A stretch of DNA of 64,000 nucleotides from Bdellovibrionales bacterium (GTDB lineage Bacteria > Bdellovibrionota > Bdellovibrionia > Bdellovibrionales > UBA1609). The translations under genes were made by a program, and so were the position numbers. The notes below the pieces were generated by a model. The model was given only the letters and a program-made list of their open reading frames with translations. It had not been told where the DNA came from and made no database searches. Below are positions 8,357 through 18,116 of this stretch, piece after piece. How positions within the stretch are numbered: the stretch's first letter is position 1; each line of letters opens with the position of its first letter. Location: NCBI GenBank assembly GCA_965205945.1, contig CBDBIB010000003.1, positions 128,001 through 192,000 on the forward strand, given 5' to 3'.

Positions 8357-11350
8357 TTAAGATTGGTCTAAGAGGTCTGGGGAAAAACCTTGTCTAACAA
8401 GGTTTTCAGTTATAACACGAGGCTCTAAGAAGTTTTTAAGGTAATCAGGCCCTCCTGTTTTACTACCTAATCCGGAAAGTTTATAGCCTCCAAAAGGGTG
8501 TCGATTAACTATTGCACCAGTGATACTTCTATTTATGTATAAATTTCCACATTCAATTTCTTTGCAAGCTTGTTTAATGTGTGATGGTAATCTGGAGAAA
8601 ACACCTGAAGTTAATGCGTACTTAGTACTGTTTACAATTTTAATTGCACGATTAAAATTATGAGCTTTTATAACAGCTAAAACAGGCCCAAAGATTTCTT
8701 CTTGAGCAAGTTCACTGTCGGGGGCAACATCGAAGAATACGTGTGGTTCAATGAAACAACCAGTGTTAGAACAATCTTGAGCTTTTATAAACTCATATTT
8801 TTCTTTATTAGTTTTAATAAAACTAAGAATTTTATTATAAGACCTTTGATCTACAACAGGCCCTAGATAAAATTTTGGATTGGTGCTATCTCCAGTGTAA
8901 AGACTTTGAACAGCATTTTTTAATCTAAGGGTGAATTTTTCATATATTCCCTCTAAAACAACAACTCTACTTAAAGCTGAGCATTTTTGTCCAGAAAAGG
9001 CAAAAGCAGAATCAAGAACAGCTTGTATAGCCTGATCTAAATCAGCATCAGAATCTATAATTAAGGCATTTTTCCCCCCCATTTCAACAACACATTTTTT
9101 AACATGATGCTGTTCATCTAAGGTTTGTGAGGCTTTATTGATTATCTGAAGCCCTACAGCTTTAGAGCCGGTGAAACTAATGACAGAAACTTTAGGGCTT
9201 TCAACAATTCTAGCTCCAACACGTTCACCTAAACCAGGTAGGAAATGACAGGCTTCCTTTGGAATGCCAGAGTTTATGATTATTTCATAAAGTTTTAATG
9301 CCGTTAAACTACTTTGTTCAGCAGGCTTTATTAAGACAGTGTTTCCTGTAACAAGAGCAGAAACAGTCATTCCACAAAGAATCGCTAAAGGAAAGTTCCA
9401 AGGAGCAATGACAGAGACCACACCGCGAGCTTTATAGTGGTATAAGTTTTCTTCTCCGGGAGTAGAGCCAACACGAAATGGAAGGTTAAGTTTTTTCATA
9501 TCGTTTGCGTAGTATCTGCAAAAGTCAATGGCCTCAGTGATATCTGCATCAGCTTGATTCCATGGTTTTCCAACTTCAATGCTTTGAAGAGAAGCAAGTT
9601 TAAATCTATTCTCCTCAAGAAGATCAGCTACCTTATTGATTAAGGTAGAGCGACTAGAAACCAAAGTATTTGACCAGGTTTTTTGATAGTTAAAGGCTGC
9701 GGTTAAAGCCTCATCAGTTTCAGTATTAGTGGCTTCAAAAATAGTGTAAAGCGTTTGTTTGTGGTTGTTTGGATTTATACGATGGATTGTGCTTGTACCA
9801 GATCCGATTGTGCCATTAATAAAAGCATTAACTTTTAATGGTCCTTGATTAAACTCAAGCTTCCATTTTTCTAAGGCTTTATAGAATTTATCTCTGTTCT
9901 TACTTTGAGTAAAGTCAAGCAAGGGGGCGTTTGTAAAAGAGTTTTTCTTTTCTTTAAAAAACAAGCTTTCATCTGCATGAAACTGAGGTGTAGCTAAAAT
10001 TTTATTATGATCAATGTCTTTTTTTATCTTATTTTGTAAAAAAGATTGATTTGAAGAATTCTCAAGTAAACGTCTTACTAAATAAGCCATTCCAGGAACT
10101 AGGTCACCAATAGTAGCATATTCTCGTACTCTATAATACATTTTAGCAAAGGAACTTTTAAAGTTATCAGCCATTCCATAAAGCATTTGAATTTCAAAAG
10201 ATTTTTCTGGAATATTATTTTTTTTTGCAAAGGTAAGGGTCTCAGAAAGAGATCGGATATTATGAGAGCCTAAAGCAGTAAAAATATATTTATAGTTTAA
10301 AAGAAGTTTTTTAGCACATTTTTCAAAATTATAGTCAGAGTTTTCTTTATTTGTATAAACAGGCAGAGGCCAATGATTTTGCTTAGCATGTATGATTTCA
10401 AAATCCCAGTAAGCGCCCTTAACAAGTCTTATTGTAAAAGGAGTCGCCCTTTTTTTAGAAAAATCTATGAGCATTAAACAATCCTCATAACTGTCTCGAA
10501 GATAAGTTTGAATAACAATACCCCAGTGAGGGTATTGTTTAAATTCATCAAGCATTATGAGTTCTTTAAAAACTTCAAGTGTAAGGTTTTTATATTCATA
10601 ATGCTCCATATCTATATTTATAAAAACACCAAGTTTTTGTGCGGTTCTAAAAATAGGTTTTAAGCACTCTACTAAAGTGGCTTTGGTTTCTTCCCAGGCT
10701 GCAATTTTAATTTGAGAGTAAAGGGAGGAAAGCTTTACAGAAACATTTACGAGTGGAATTTTTCCAAGATGATTTTCATCAAGTAAAGAATTGTATTCCC
10801 AGTTTTTAGATTCAGTATGAAGCTTTTTAATTAAATCTAGGTATCTTTCTTTATATTCCTTAGCCTCTGGTTCTGAGAGCGTAGCCTCACCTAAAAGATC
10901 GACTGTAAAGGTCCAGTTCTTTTTTCTATTTTTATTTAATTTTTGAATAGCTTCTTTAGGTGTTTCTCCAGTGATAAAGAGCCGAGCCATGTCTTTTATG
11001 TTTTTATCCACAGATTTTGCAACAAGATTTGGAGCTAATTGACCAATGCTCGTGCTAGCTTGAAAAATAGAAGGCATTTTTCCATTCTTATCTTCAAAAT
11101 ATTCTCTAACATGGTTTAAAATATCATCACCAGAATTTAAATATGGAAACACATCTACAAATCTAAACATACGAGTTTTAAAATCAGTGCTTTTCATAGA
11201 CCAATCCATAACCTTTAAATACCACCACTCTTTATTTAAAATTGATTTTTTAGAAGAATAATTTTGACTATTTTTAAAAACATTCATTCCAAATTTTATA
11301 ACATTCGTATGATTATTGCTCTTAGGCAAAGCTTTAGATTTAAACCACAT
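8357..11350 (-). CDS. putA: Bifunctional proline dehydrogenase / P5C dehydrogenase
   Basis: PRODH motifs (VDLLGE, RLVKGAYWD, YLVRRLLEN) and ALDH motifs (PWNFP, FTGS, EMGGKN, FSGQKCSA, EEIFGP). Confidence 0.97.
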   Translation of the reverse strand: MWFKSKALPKSNNHTNVIKFGMNVFKNSQNYSSKKSILNKEWWYLKVMDWSMKSTDFKTRMFRFVDVFPYLNSGDDILNHVREYFEDKNGKMPSIFQASTSIGQLAPNLVAKSVDKNIKDMARLFITGETPKEAIQKLNKNRKKNWTFTVDLLGEATLSEPEAKEYKERYLDLIKKLHTESKNWEYNSLLDENHLGKIPLVNVSVKLSSLYSQIKIAAWEETKATLVECLKPIFRTAQKLGVFINIDMEHYEYKNLTLEVFKELIMLDEFKQYPHWGIVIQTYLRDSYEDCLMLIDFSKKRATPFTIRLVKGAYWDFEIIHAKQNHWPLPVYTNKENSDYNFEKCAKKLLLNYKYIFTALGSHNIRSLSETLTFAKKNNIPEKSFEIQMLYGMADNFKSSFAKMYYRVREYATIGDLVPGMAYLVRRLLENSSNQSFLQNKIKKDIDHNKILATPQFHADESLFFKEKKNSFTNAPLLDFTQSKNRDKFYKALEKWKLEFNQGPLKVNAFINGTIGSGTSTIHRINPNNHKQTLYTIFEATNTETDEALTAAFNYQKTWSNTLVSSRSTLINKVADLLEENRFKLASLQSIEVGKPWNQADADITEAIDFCRYYANDMKKLNLPFRVGSTPGEENLYHYKARGVVSVIAPWNFPLAILCGMTVSALVTGNTVLIKPAEQSSLTALKLYEIIINSGIPKEACHFLPGLGERVGARIVESPKVSVISFTGSKAVGLQIINKASQTLDEQHHVKKCVVEMGGKNALIIDSDADLDQAIQAVLDSAFAFSGQKCSALSRVVVLEGIYEKFTLRLKNAVQSLYTGDSTNPKFYLGPVVDQRSYNKILSFIKTNKEKYEFIKAQDCSNTGCFIEPHVFFDVAPDSELAQEEIFGPVLAVIKAHNFNRAIKIVNSTKYALTSGVFSRLPSHIKQACKEIECGNLYINRSITGAIVNRHPFGGYKLSGLGSKTGGPDYLKNFLEPRVITENLVRQGFSPDLLDQS

Positions 11351-11745
11351 AGCAAATCCCCTTAAATAAAAAACTTATTAGTAGTCTATATTTTTAGAAA
11401 AAGGGATGTTTTAGGTATTTTTTTTCTTAGAATCTGACGCAGAGCTAAAAGAGCCTTATTTGTTACATTATAAACTTTGAGCTGGTGTTTTAGGTTTTAT
11501 TTTAAATCAGAGAACTTTAATTTAAAGTAGAATTTATTGACGTTTTATCCTAAAAAAAACTAGCCTTTAATTTAAGAATAGAAAAATGTAAGTTATTGAA
11601 ATAAAAAGGTAATTTTTAAAATTGCCTTATAAAACCCAGGGGTTACGCATGAGATTTTTTTTAGGCAGTAAATAGAGCCTGTAAATTAAATTGTATAAAT
11701 GCTTAATAATGTACTAGGGTTAAGCCTTCTTAAGATAAAAGAACT

Positions 11746-11768
11746 AAAGGGCTCATGATGAGCCCTTT
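11746..11768. repeat. Perfect inverted repeat / hairpin 6 nt downstream of the DUF1566-like remnant stop codon
   Basis: AAAGGGCTCAT-G-ATGAGCCCTTT (10-bp stem with 3-nt loop). Could be a terminator or a DGR target-recognition hairpin. Confidence 0.85.
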
Positions 11769-11774
11769 TAAGCC

Positions 11775-12095
11775 TCAAAACCGCCGCACACACCGAACGA
11801 GCTGATCAGTGGGCTTATAAAAGTAATACTGATAGCCATCATCTGAGAACTTCTGGCCCCACGCACCCTCATTATTGTACTCTGTGGACAGTCAATACTA
11901 ATTAGTTAAATCTTTATTACTTTCACCATGATCAATTCCAAAGGTTGATATATAATTTTGTAACCCTGGAATATCGTAAAAATTTTGCGAACTATTATTC
12001 CAGCCTTTACTTAAACTATCAGTACCAGAACAAGTTACTGTAAAATCATCTAATGCATAAGAATTTGCCCCTGAACCTCCTAAAACACTTCCTGA
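11775..12095 (-). pseudogene. Remnant of a DUF1566 (Lcl-C/CLec-fold) protein ending in a DGR variable-region-like segment
   Basis: Manual translation: SGSVLGG...TCSGTDSLSKGWNNSSQNFYDIPGL...N*Y*LSTEYNNEGAWGQKFSDDGYQYYFYKPTDQLVRCVRRF*. Fits the YWSSTE..AW...F..G......K.....VRCVR consensus; two in-frame stops, no start codon. Confidence 0.8.
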
Positions 12096-12231
12096 TTATC
12101 TGACTCATAAGTGAGAGTTTTTCGTTAAATAAAAGTATGGTTTGAGTAAAGCATACCTTTTAAGTATATAAAAATCTTGGCAGGAAAGAAAGATATCTAT
12201 AACCTTATCATCAACAGTAAATTTAGTTTTT

Positions 12232-13515
12232 TTGGAGATGAGTGTGTTAAAAAAAGTAGTTTTAATTGCAAGTTCAAGAATTCCTTTTACAAGATCATTT
12301 ACTTACTATAAAAATAATACAGGTCAAGAGTTGATGACAGCAGCATTAAAAAATCTTGTTCAAAAAATGAGTCTTGAGGGCGGAAAAATTGATGATGTTG
12401 CTCTTGGTGTAGTGATGGTGCATGGATCTGATTGGAATATCTGTAGAGAATGTGTATTAAGCTCTGGGCTCTCACCACTAACACCAGCCTACGGTATTCG
12501 AAGGGCTTGTGGGACAAGTCTTGAAACAATTATTGCTATAGCAAATAAGATAAAACTAGGGCAAGTAAGGGTTGGAATTGCAGGGGGGTTTGACACTAAT
12601 AGTGATGCACCTATTGAGTTTAAAAGAAACTTTTCTAGTAAAATAATAAGGTTTAATCAAAGTAAAACAATAATGGAAAAAATTAAATCTGTACTTAATT
12701 TTAATATTCAGGATTTAAAGCCACTTTTTCCAAGAGTGGTTGAGGTGCGAACTAGAAAATCTATGGGAGAGCATTGTGAACTCATGGCTCAGCAATGGCA
12801 GATTACTAGAGATGATCAAGATCGATTTTCATTTAAAAGTCATCAAAAAGCAGCTGAAGCATATGAAGAGGGTTTTTATGATGATCTTGTTTGTGAATTT
12901 AATGGAGTAAAAAAAGATAGTATTCTTAGACTTGATACTACGGTGGAGAAACTTTCTAAACTAAAGCCTGTTTTTGATAAAAGTGAACTAGGAACTTTAA
13001 CTGCGGGGAACAGTACAGCTTTAACCGATGGTGCGTCATGTTTATTGTTGGCTGATGAGGAATATGCAAAAGAAAAAGATTTACCAATTTTAGCTTATTT
13101 TGTAGATGCACAAGCAGCAGCAGTTGATTTTGTTAAAGGAGAGGGTTTGTTAATGGCCCCTACAATAGCAGTGGCAGAGCTTTTAAAAAGAAATAATCTA
13201 GTATTTGATGATTTTGATTTTTTTGAAATACATGAAGCTTTTGCAGCTCAAGTTTTATCTACATTTAAAGCTTGGGAAAATGAGGAGTATTGTAAAACTA
13301 GATTAGGATTAGATAGGGCATTAGGAAGTATTCCAAGAAATAAGCTTAATATTAAAGGCGGCAGCCTTGCTTTAGGGCATCCTTTTGGTGGAACAGGGGT
13401 AAGAATTAGTGCAAATCTTTCAAAAATTCTTAATCAAGCAGGAAAAGGTAGAGGTCTTATTTCAATTTGTACAGGTGGTGGAATGGGAGTTGCTGCTATT
13501 TTTGAAAAATATTGA
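12232..13515 (+). CDS. Acetyl-CoA C-acyltransferase (thiolase, FadI-like)
   Basis: ACGTSL, HEAFAAQ, GGSLALGHPFGGTG, ICTGGGMG. Confidence 0.95.
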   Translation: MEMSVLKKVVLIASSRIPFTRSFTYYKNNTGQELMTAALKNLVQKMSLEGGKIDDVALGVVMVHGSDWNICRECVLSSGLSPLTPAYGIRRACGTSLETIIAIANKIKLGQVRVGIAGGFDTNSDAPIEFKRNFSSKIIRFNQSKTIMEKIKSVLNFNIQDLKPLFPRVVEVRTRKSMGEHCELMAQQWQITRDDQDRFSFKSHQKAAEAYEEGFYDDLVCEFNGVKKDSILRLDTTVEKLSKLKPVFDKSELGTLTAGNSTALTDGASCLLLADEEYAKEKDLPILAYFVDAQAAAVDFVKGEGLLMAPTIAVAELLKRNNLVFDDFDFFEIHEAFAAQVLSTFKAWENEEYCKTRLGLDRALGSIPRNKLNIKGGSLALGHPFGGTGVRISANLSKILNQAGKGRGLISICTGGGMGVAAIFEKY

Positions 13516-13736
13516 GATTAAAAAATATATAAAGTAATAGAGTTTTCTTATGGCGTATTGCCGTTATAAAGGAGTTTAGGATAAAATTAAAGTTTTTTTT
13601 AAAATCAATAAACTTAGAGTTAAATAAGAAAATCTGTATAGATTAGGTGATTTTGATTTACTTACAAAGTTATTTTAAGGTTAAATTGTCATTAAACAGC
13701 ATGATCTTAATCTTTTAAAGGTATACTTTAGTACTC

Positions 13737-14354
13737 ATGGAAAATCTTAAGGGTGAGGCCTTTGTTCTTAAAACACTACCTTATTCTGAATCTGATTTAA
13801 TCTTATATGCGTTGTCTAAAGAACAGGGGGTGCTTCATTTTTTTGTAAAAGGAGCTAAGAACAGTAAAAAACGATTTTCAGGGGGTGTCTTACAACCCCC
13901 ACATTTAATTGATTTTCAAACTTTAAGGTTAGGTAGAAAACAATATGATAATGGAAGTTTGATTACTCTTAAAGAAGCAAGTCTTTTAAATGATTTTATT
14001 AAAATTCGTTTAAGTTATGTTTTTATGGAAACCTTATTTTCAATGATTAAGGTTGTTTTACCTTCAAGAACTGGGCACAAAGAGCTATTTAATCATTTTG
14101 GAGGAGCGTTAAAGGTTTTGCCAACAGTAAAGGATCAGAAAAGATTTTTTACTCATTTTGTTATTAGGTATTTATACATTGAAGGGGTTTTGCCTTTACA
14201 TGTTAAATTTTTAGATTTTATAAAAACTCCACTTAGTTGTCATAAGAAACTTTTAAATGTATCAGAGATTCAGAGTAATAGAGAAGTTAAATTTGCTAAA
14301 TATTTTTTAAAAACGTACTCTAATAGTAAGGAAAGTATTAAGTGGCCAAAGTAA
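13737..14354 (+). CDS. recO: DNA repair protein RecO (divergent, short)
   Basis: N-terminal VLKTLPYSESDLIL...G...KGAKNSKKRF.GG.L.P typical of the RecO OB fold. Confidence 0.8.
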   Translation: MENLKGEAFVLKTLPYSESDLILYALSKEQGVLHFFVKGAKNSKKRFSGGVLQPPHLIDFQTLRLGRKQYDNGSLITLKEASLLNDFIKIRLSYVFMETLFSMIKVVLPSRTGHKELFNHFGGALKVLPTVKDQKRFFTHFVIRYLYIEGVLPLHVKFLDFIKTPLSCHKKLLNVSEIQSNREVKFAKYFLKTYSNSKESIKWPK

Positions 14355-14854
14355 ATCTTAATTCTAAAAATAGGGCTTTATTTTTAGATCGTGACGATAC
14401 GATAATTACAAATATTCCTTATATGAGTAAAGTGGAGGATATAAATTATCTTCCAAATATTTTTGAAAAGTTAAAAGAAATTCAGGATTTTGGCTATAAA
14501 ATTTTTATTGTTACAAATCAATCAGGCTTATCTAGAAAGCTTATCACTTATAAAGAATTAGAAAAAATTCATTGGAAAATAATAGATGATTTCTCTTTAA
14601 AAGGGCTAAGGGTTTATAAGTATTATATAAGCCCATATAGTCACAAACATCCAAGACGTAAGCCTGGCCATGAGCTACTACTAGAAGCTCAGCGGGACTT
14701 TAATCTTGATTTAAAAAATTCTATTATGATTGGTGATGGTGATCGGGATATTAATGCTGGTTACAATGCTGGTTTAACTACATGTTTAAAAATAAAAGAC
14801 TCAAGTTTTTGGATGAATTTAGATCTTAAAGTATTTAAAAAATTATTGGTTTAA
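14342..14854 (+). CDS. HAD-IIIA phosphatase, GmhB/HisB-N-like
   Basis: FLDRDDTI, VTNQSG, RKP, MIGD..RDI motifs. Confidence 0.85.
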   Translation: MAKVNLNSKNRALFLDRDDTIITNIPYMSKVEDINYLPNIFEKLKEIQDFGYKIFIVTNQSGLSRKLITYKELEKIHWKIIDDFSLKGLRVYKYYISPYSHKHPRRKPGHELLLEAQRDFNLDLKNSIMIGDGDRDINAGYNAGLTTCLKIKDSSFWMNLDLKVFKKLLV

Positions 14855-15760
14855 GGGGTGGTGTTTGTCAAGAGCCTCACTTAGATCTGAAAGTTCAAGG
14901 TGAGTGTATTTTTCAGTTGTGGATATATTTTTATGTCCTAAAAGCTCTTGAAGAATTCTTAGATCGCTTCCAGACCTTAGTAGATGAGTTGCAAAGCTAT
15001 GCCTTAAACCATGAGGACTAATTTTTTTACCAACAGATAAAAGGCTTCGTTTTACCACCCAGTCATAGACTGATCGTGTATTTAAAGGGGTGTTGCCATA
15101 TATAAATTTAAAATTTAAAGGTAGAATTGATTTAATTTGCTTACTTATAGTATTTGGTATGGCGATAAGGGAGGTTTTTCCACCTTTTTGAAGGCTTTTG
15201 ATTTGTGATTTTTTAAAATTGATATCCCCTATTTTAATGTTGGAGGCTTCTGTCACACGTAGGCCTGCAGTATACATTAAAAGACTAACAAGAAGTTCAT
15301 TTTTATACTTATTATTGTTGTTATTAAAGTCTTTAATAAGACTATTAAAGTAAGTCTCTGTTTCTTCATAGCTAAGGTATTTAGGAAGTGAACGATTGCC
15401 TTTACCTATGTGAGGAAGTTTGTAGGTAAAGTCTTTTCTACATTCACCGGATTCAAACATCCATTTAAGAAATCCTCTTAAAGTCGTAAGCCTCCGTTCT
15501 TTTGATGCTTTTGAAAGGGTTTTAATATTTTGTGGGAGATTAGAAATTAAGAGATCAATAGATACTTTTGATGTGTTTAATTTAGTGATTTTAAGGTTTC
15601 CATTTTTACATAGGTGTATTGAAGGGAATTCATGGATTTTAAAAAGTTTATTAAGATCTGCTTTTACTCCTCGAAGGCTATTTGCAGAGTAAAAGGATAG
15701 ATTGCCTTTATATTTTAAATACTTAGATAAATGAAGAGGGGTTATGTCAAAAATTGTCAC
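14843..15760 (-). CDS. Tyrosine recombinase XerC/XerD family
   Basis: GLRVTE, K(GGK), PHGLRHSFATHLL, LLGH, TEKYTH catalytic residues; housekeeping context. Confidence 0.9.
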   Translation of the reverse strand: MTIFDITPLHLSKYLKYKGNLSFYSANSLRGVKADLNKLFKIHEFPSIHLCKNGNLKITKLNTSKVSIDLLISNLPQNIKTLSKASKERRLTTLRGFLKWMFESGECRKDFTYKLPHIGKGNRSLPKYLSYEETETYFNSLIKDFNNNNNKYKNELLVSLLMYTAGLRVTEASNIKIGDINFKKSQIKSLQKGGKTSLIAIPNTISKQIKSILPLNFKFIYGNTPLNTRSVYDWVVKRSLLSVGKKISPHGLRHSFATHLLRSGSDLRILQELLGHKNISTTEKYTHLELSDLSEALDKHHPLNQ

Positions 15761-15874
15761 TAAGGTTATTGTAATATTTTTTTTGAAAATTAGAAAATTT
15801 ACTTGCTTATTAACTAAGCATACTGTATAAAAGTCTTAAGACTATTTTTAATAGGAAGAAAAAGTCGGATAAAT

Positions 15875-15923
15875 AAAGGGGGGATTTGTGAGCATAGTGC
15901 TCGCTGATCCCCCCTTTTTTTTT
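15875..15923 (+). terminator. Intrinsic-terminator-like hairpin about 40 nt upstream of the sigma54 activator gene
   Basis: AAAGGGGGGAT/ATCCCCCCTTT stem with inner GTGAGCA-TAG-TGCTCGC, ending in a 9-T run. Confidence 0.6.
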
Positions 15924-15964
15924 GCAAGTGATTAGATTTAGATAAAATACTAAAGGAGCCTATT

Positions 15965-17029
15965 ATGCCATCAAAAAAAAATACCACAGAAACAAAAAAA
16001 CTTACTGAAAAGAGTAAACATTTTCTTAGAATCCCTCTGGGTCAATCACAGCAGGTATTTTCAAGCAAAGAAATTGTGTATCAGTCTGACGCTATGATTA
16101 AGTTAATGGGTATGGTTAATCAAGTTGCTCCTTCTAACGCAGCAATCTTAATTTTGGGTGAAAGTGGAACAGGTAAAGAGCTAATTGCTCAAGAAATTCA
16201 TGAAAAATCAAACAGAGCTCATAAACCGTTAGTTACTATTAACTGTGGAGCTTTAAGAGAAGCTCTTTTAGAGTCAGAGTTATTTGGGCATGAAAAAGGT
16301 GCTTTTACAGGTGCTTATGCTCAAAAGATTGGTTTAGTTGAAGTCGCTGATGGTGGAACTTTATTTCTAGATGAAATTGGTGAGCTTTCACCTGGTATTC
16401 AAGCTAAGCTTTTAAGATTTTTACAAGAAGGCGAGATTTATAGAGTTGGTGGTAAGGAAGCTATTAAAGTAGATATTAGATTAATTTCTGCAACAAATAA
16501 AGATCTTAAAAAAGAAGTTGAAGAAGGGGTTTTTAGGGAAGATTTGTATTATAGAATCAATACGATTGCTGTAGATGTTCCGTCGTTAAGAAAGAGAAAA
16601 GAAGATATTGGGGCCTTAGTTGATTATTTTTTAACTACTGGAATGCATAGATATTTAAACAGAGGTCTTAAGATTTCACCTGAAGCTTTAGATAAGTTAT
16701 TAAAATATGATTGGCCGGGTAATATTAGAGAACTTCAAAATATTTGTGAAAGGCTGCAAATATTATCTAAAGACGAAACTATTCAGGTCTTAGATCTTCC
16801 TGATTTTGTAAGGGTTCCAGGAGAAAAAGTTTTTAATAATGATTATAATTCATCTATAACTCTTCATGAGCTGGAAAAAAGTTATATTTTAAAAGCTTTA
16901 AATCATTTTGGTGGCAATAAAACTCAAGCAGCAAATGCTTTAGGTGTAACGATTAAAACTCTTTATAATAAGCTTCATGAGTATGGTGAGTTTGATCAAT
17001 TTGCAATTCATTCAAGAACTACTAGCTAA
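15965..17029 (+). CDS. Sigma54-dependent enhancer-binding protein (AAA+ and Fis HTH, no receiver domain)
   Basis: GESGTGKE, ESELFGHEKGAFTGA, FLDEIGE, WPGNIRELQN, C-terminal HTH. Confidence 0.95.
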   Translation: MPSKKNTTETKKLTEKSKHFLRIPLGQSQQVFSSKEIVYQSDAMIKLMGMVNQVAPSNAAILILGESGTGKELIAQEIHEKSNRAHKPLVTINCGALREALLESELFGHEKGAFTGAYAQKIGLVEVADGGTLFLDEIGELSPGIQAKLLRFLQEGEIYRVGGKEAIKVDIRLISATNKDLKKEVEEGVFREDLYYRINTIAVDVPSLRKRKEDIGALVDYFLTTGMHRYLNRGLKISPEALDKLLKYDWPGNIRELQNICERLQILSKDETIQVLDLPDFVRVPGEKVFNNDYNSSITLHELEKSYILKALNHFGGNKTQAANALGVTIKTLYNKLHEYGEFDQFAIHSRTTS

Positions 17030-17074
17030 AGCCATACAGATAAAGAGGTGGTGCAAATTTTGTTATGTAGTTAG

Positions 17075-17678
17075 AGTGTATAATTTTTATTTGGAAAATA
17101 TAATACTAAGAGTTTATTAAGAAGTAGCTAAGTAAACCAATAAAAAGGAGAGTAAAACAATGAGAAAAACAATCATTTTAACATTAATGTTTTTAGGATT
17201 GAGTGTAAGTGCTTTTGGAGCACAAGATACAAGAATCGATGATTTTATTAGATGGTTAAAAGGATTGAGTGCAGATATTTTTGCAGAAGATATGACTTTA
17301 GAAGAATGTAAAGGCCTTGTAATAAGTACGGAAGAGAATAACATAATGCCTGGTAAGTTCTTTTCAGATCATCAAGCTAATTGTGTAAAGGTTTTTAACC
17401 TTAGATTCTGATCCTTATCCAAAAAACGAAAGTGTATAATTTTTATTTGGAAAATATAATACTAAGAGTTTATTAAGAAGTAGCTAAGTAAACCAATAAA
17501 AAGGAGAGTAAAACAATGAGAAAAACAATTATTTTAACATTAATGTTTTTAGGAGTGAGTGTAAGTGCTTTTGGAGCACAAGATACAAGAATCGATGATT
17601 TTATTAGATGGTTAAAAGGATTGAGTGCAGATATTTTTGCAGAAGATATGACTTTAGAAGAATGTAAAGGCCTTGTAA
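17075..17678 (+). repeat. Direct duplication, 248 bp x2 (17075-17322 and 17431-17678), 2 mismatches
   Basis: Copies offset by 356 bp; each carries upstream region, AAGGAG RBS and the first 54 codons. Confidence 0.95.
17160..17411 (+). CDS. Small secreted hypothetical protein (signal peptide, two Cys)
   Basis: AAGGAG RBS; MRKTIILTLMFLGLSVSAFG signal peptide. Confidence 0.7.
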   Translation: MRKTIILTLMFLGLSVSAFGAQDTRIDDFIRWLKGLSADIFAEDMTLEECKGLVISTEENNIMPGKFFSDHQANCVKVFNLRF

Positions 17679-17797
17679 AAAGTGAGTATGGAAGAACAGC
17701 TCTTATAACTGCTGCATCCAAAGGTCACACTGAAATTGTAGACTTATTATTTAAAGCTGGAATTAGCGACGAATTTGAAGTTGGAGCTAACGAATGA
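17516..17797 (+). CDS. Chimeric small secreted protein with a single ankyrin repeat
   Basis: Same N-terminus as the previous ORF, then YGRTALITAASKGHTEIVDLLFKAG (ankyrin consensus). Confidence 0.7.
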   Translation: MRKTIILTLMFLGVSVSAFGAQDTRIDDFIRWLKGLSADIFAEDMTLEECKGLVKSEYGRTALITAASKGHTEIVDLLFKAGISDEFEVGANE

Positions 17798-18116
17798 AAA
17801 ATAAATAATCGTTTTTTGGTTATTATTAAGTGATTTAGATTAATTGTTAGTTTTAATGGAATAAAAAAGGTACAAAGACAATATTGTATCTTTTTTTATG
17901 TCTTTTCATAAACAAAAGTATTAAGGAGCTTTAAATTAATCTTGATGTTTAGATTTGAAAATATAATTGCGGCTTCTTAAACTCGGTTAATATCGATACT
18001 AGACATCTTTTTTACAGCACGCCTAAACCCTGATCTTTTATGGAGAGGTTTTTTTTGTAGCGCAGTGCGCACGAAGACAGGACCTCTCTTCTTAAGTGAT
18101 GTAAACTTAGCTCACT

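Noticed and set aside
14342..14854. Loss of zinc-binding cysteines in the GmhB-like protein as a novelty
   Set aside because: Zinc-less members of this HAD family are known and the catalytic motifs are intact.
14843..15760. Tyrosine recombinase as a prophage or island integrase
   Set aside because: XerC/D-like size and motifs, housekeeping neighbours, no att sites or cargo.
17048..17064. Sigma54 promoter upstream of the duplicated genes
   Set aside because: GG-N10-GT rather than GG-N10-GC; too weak to call.
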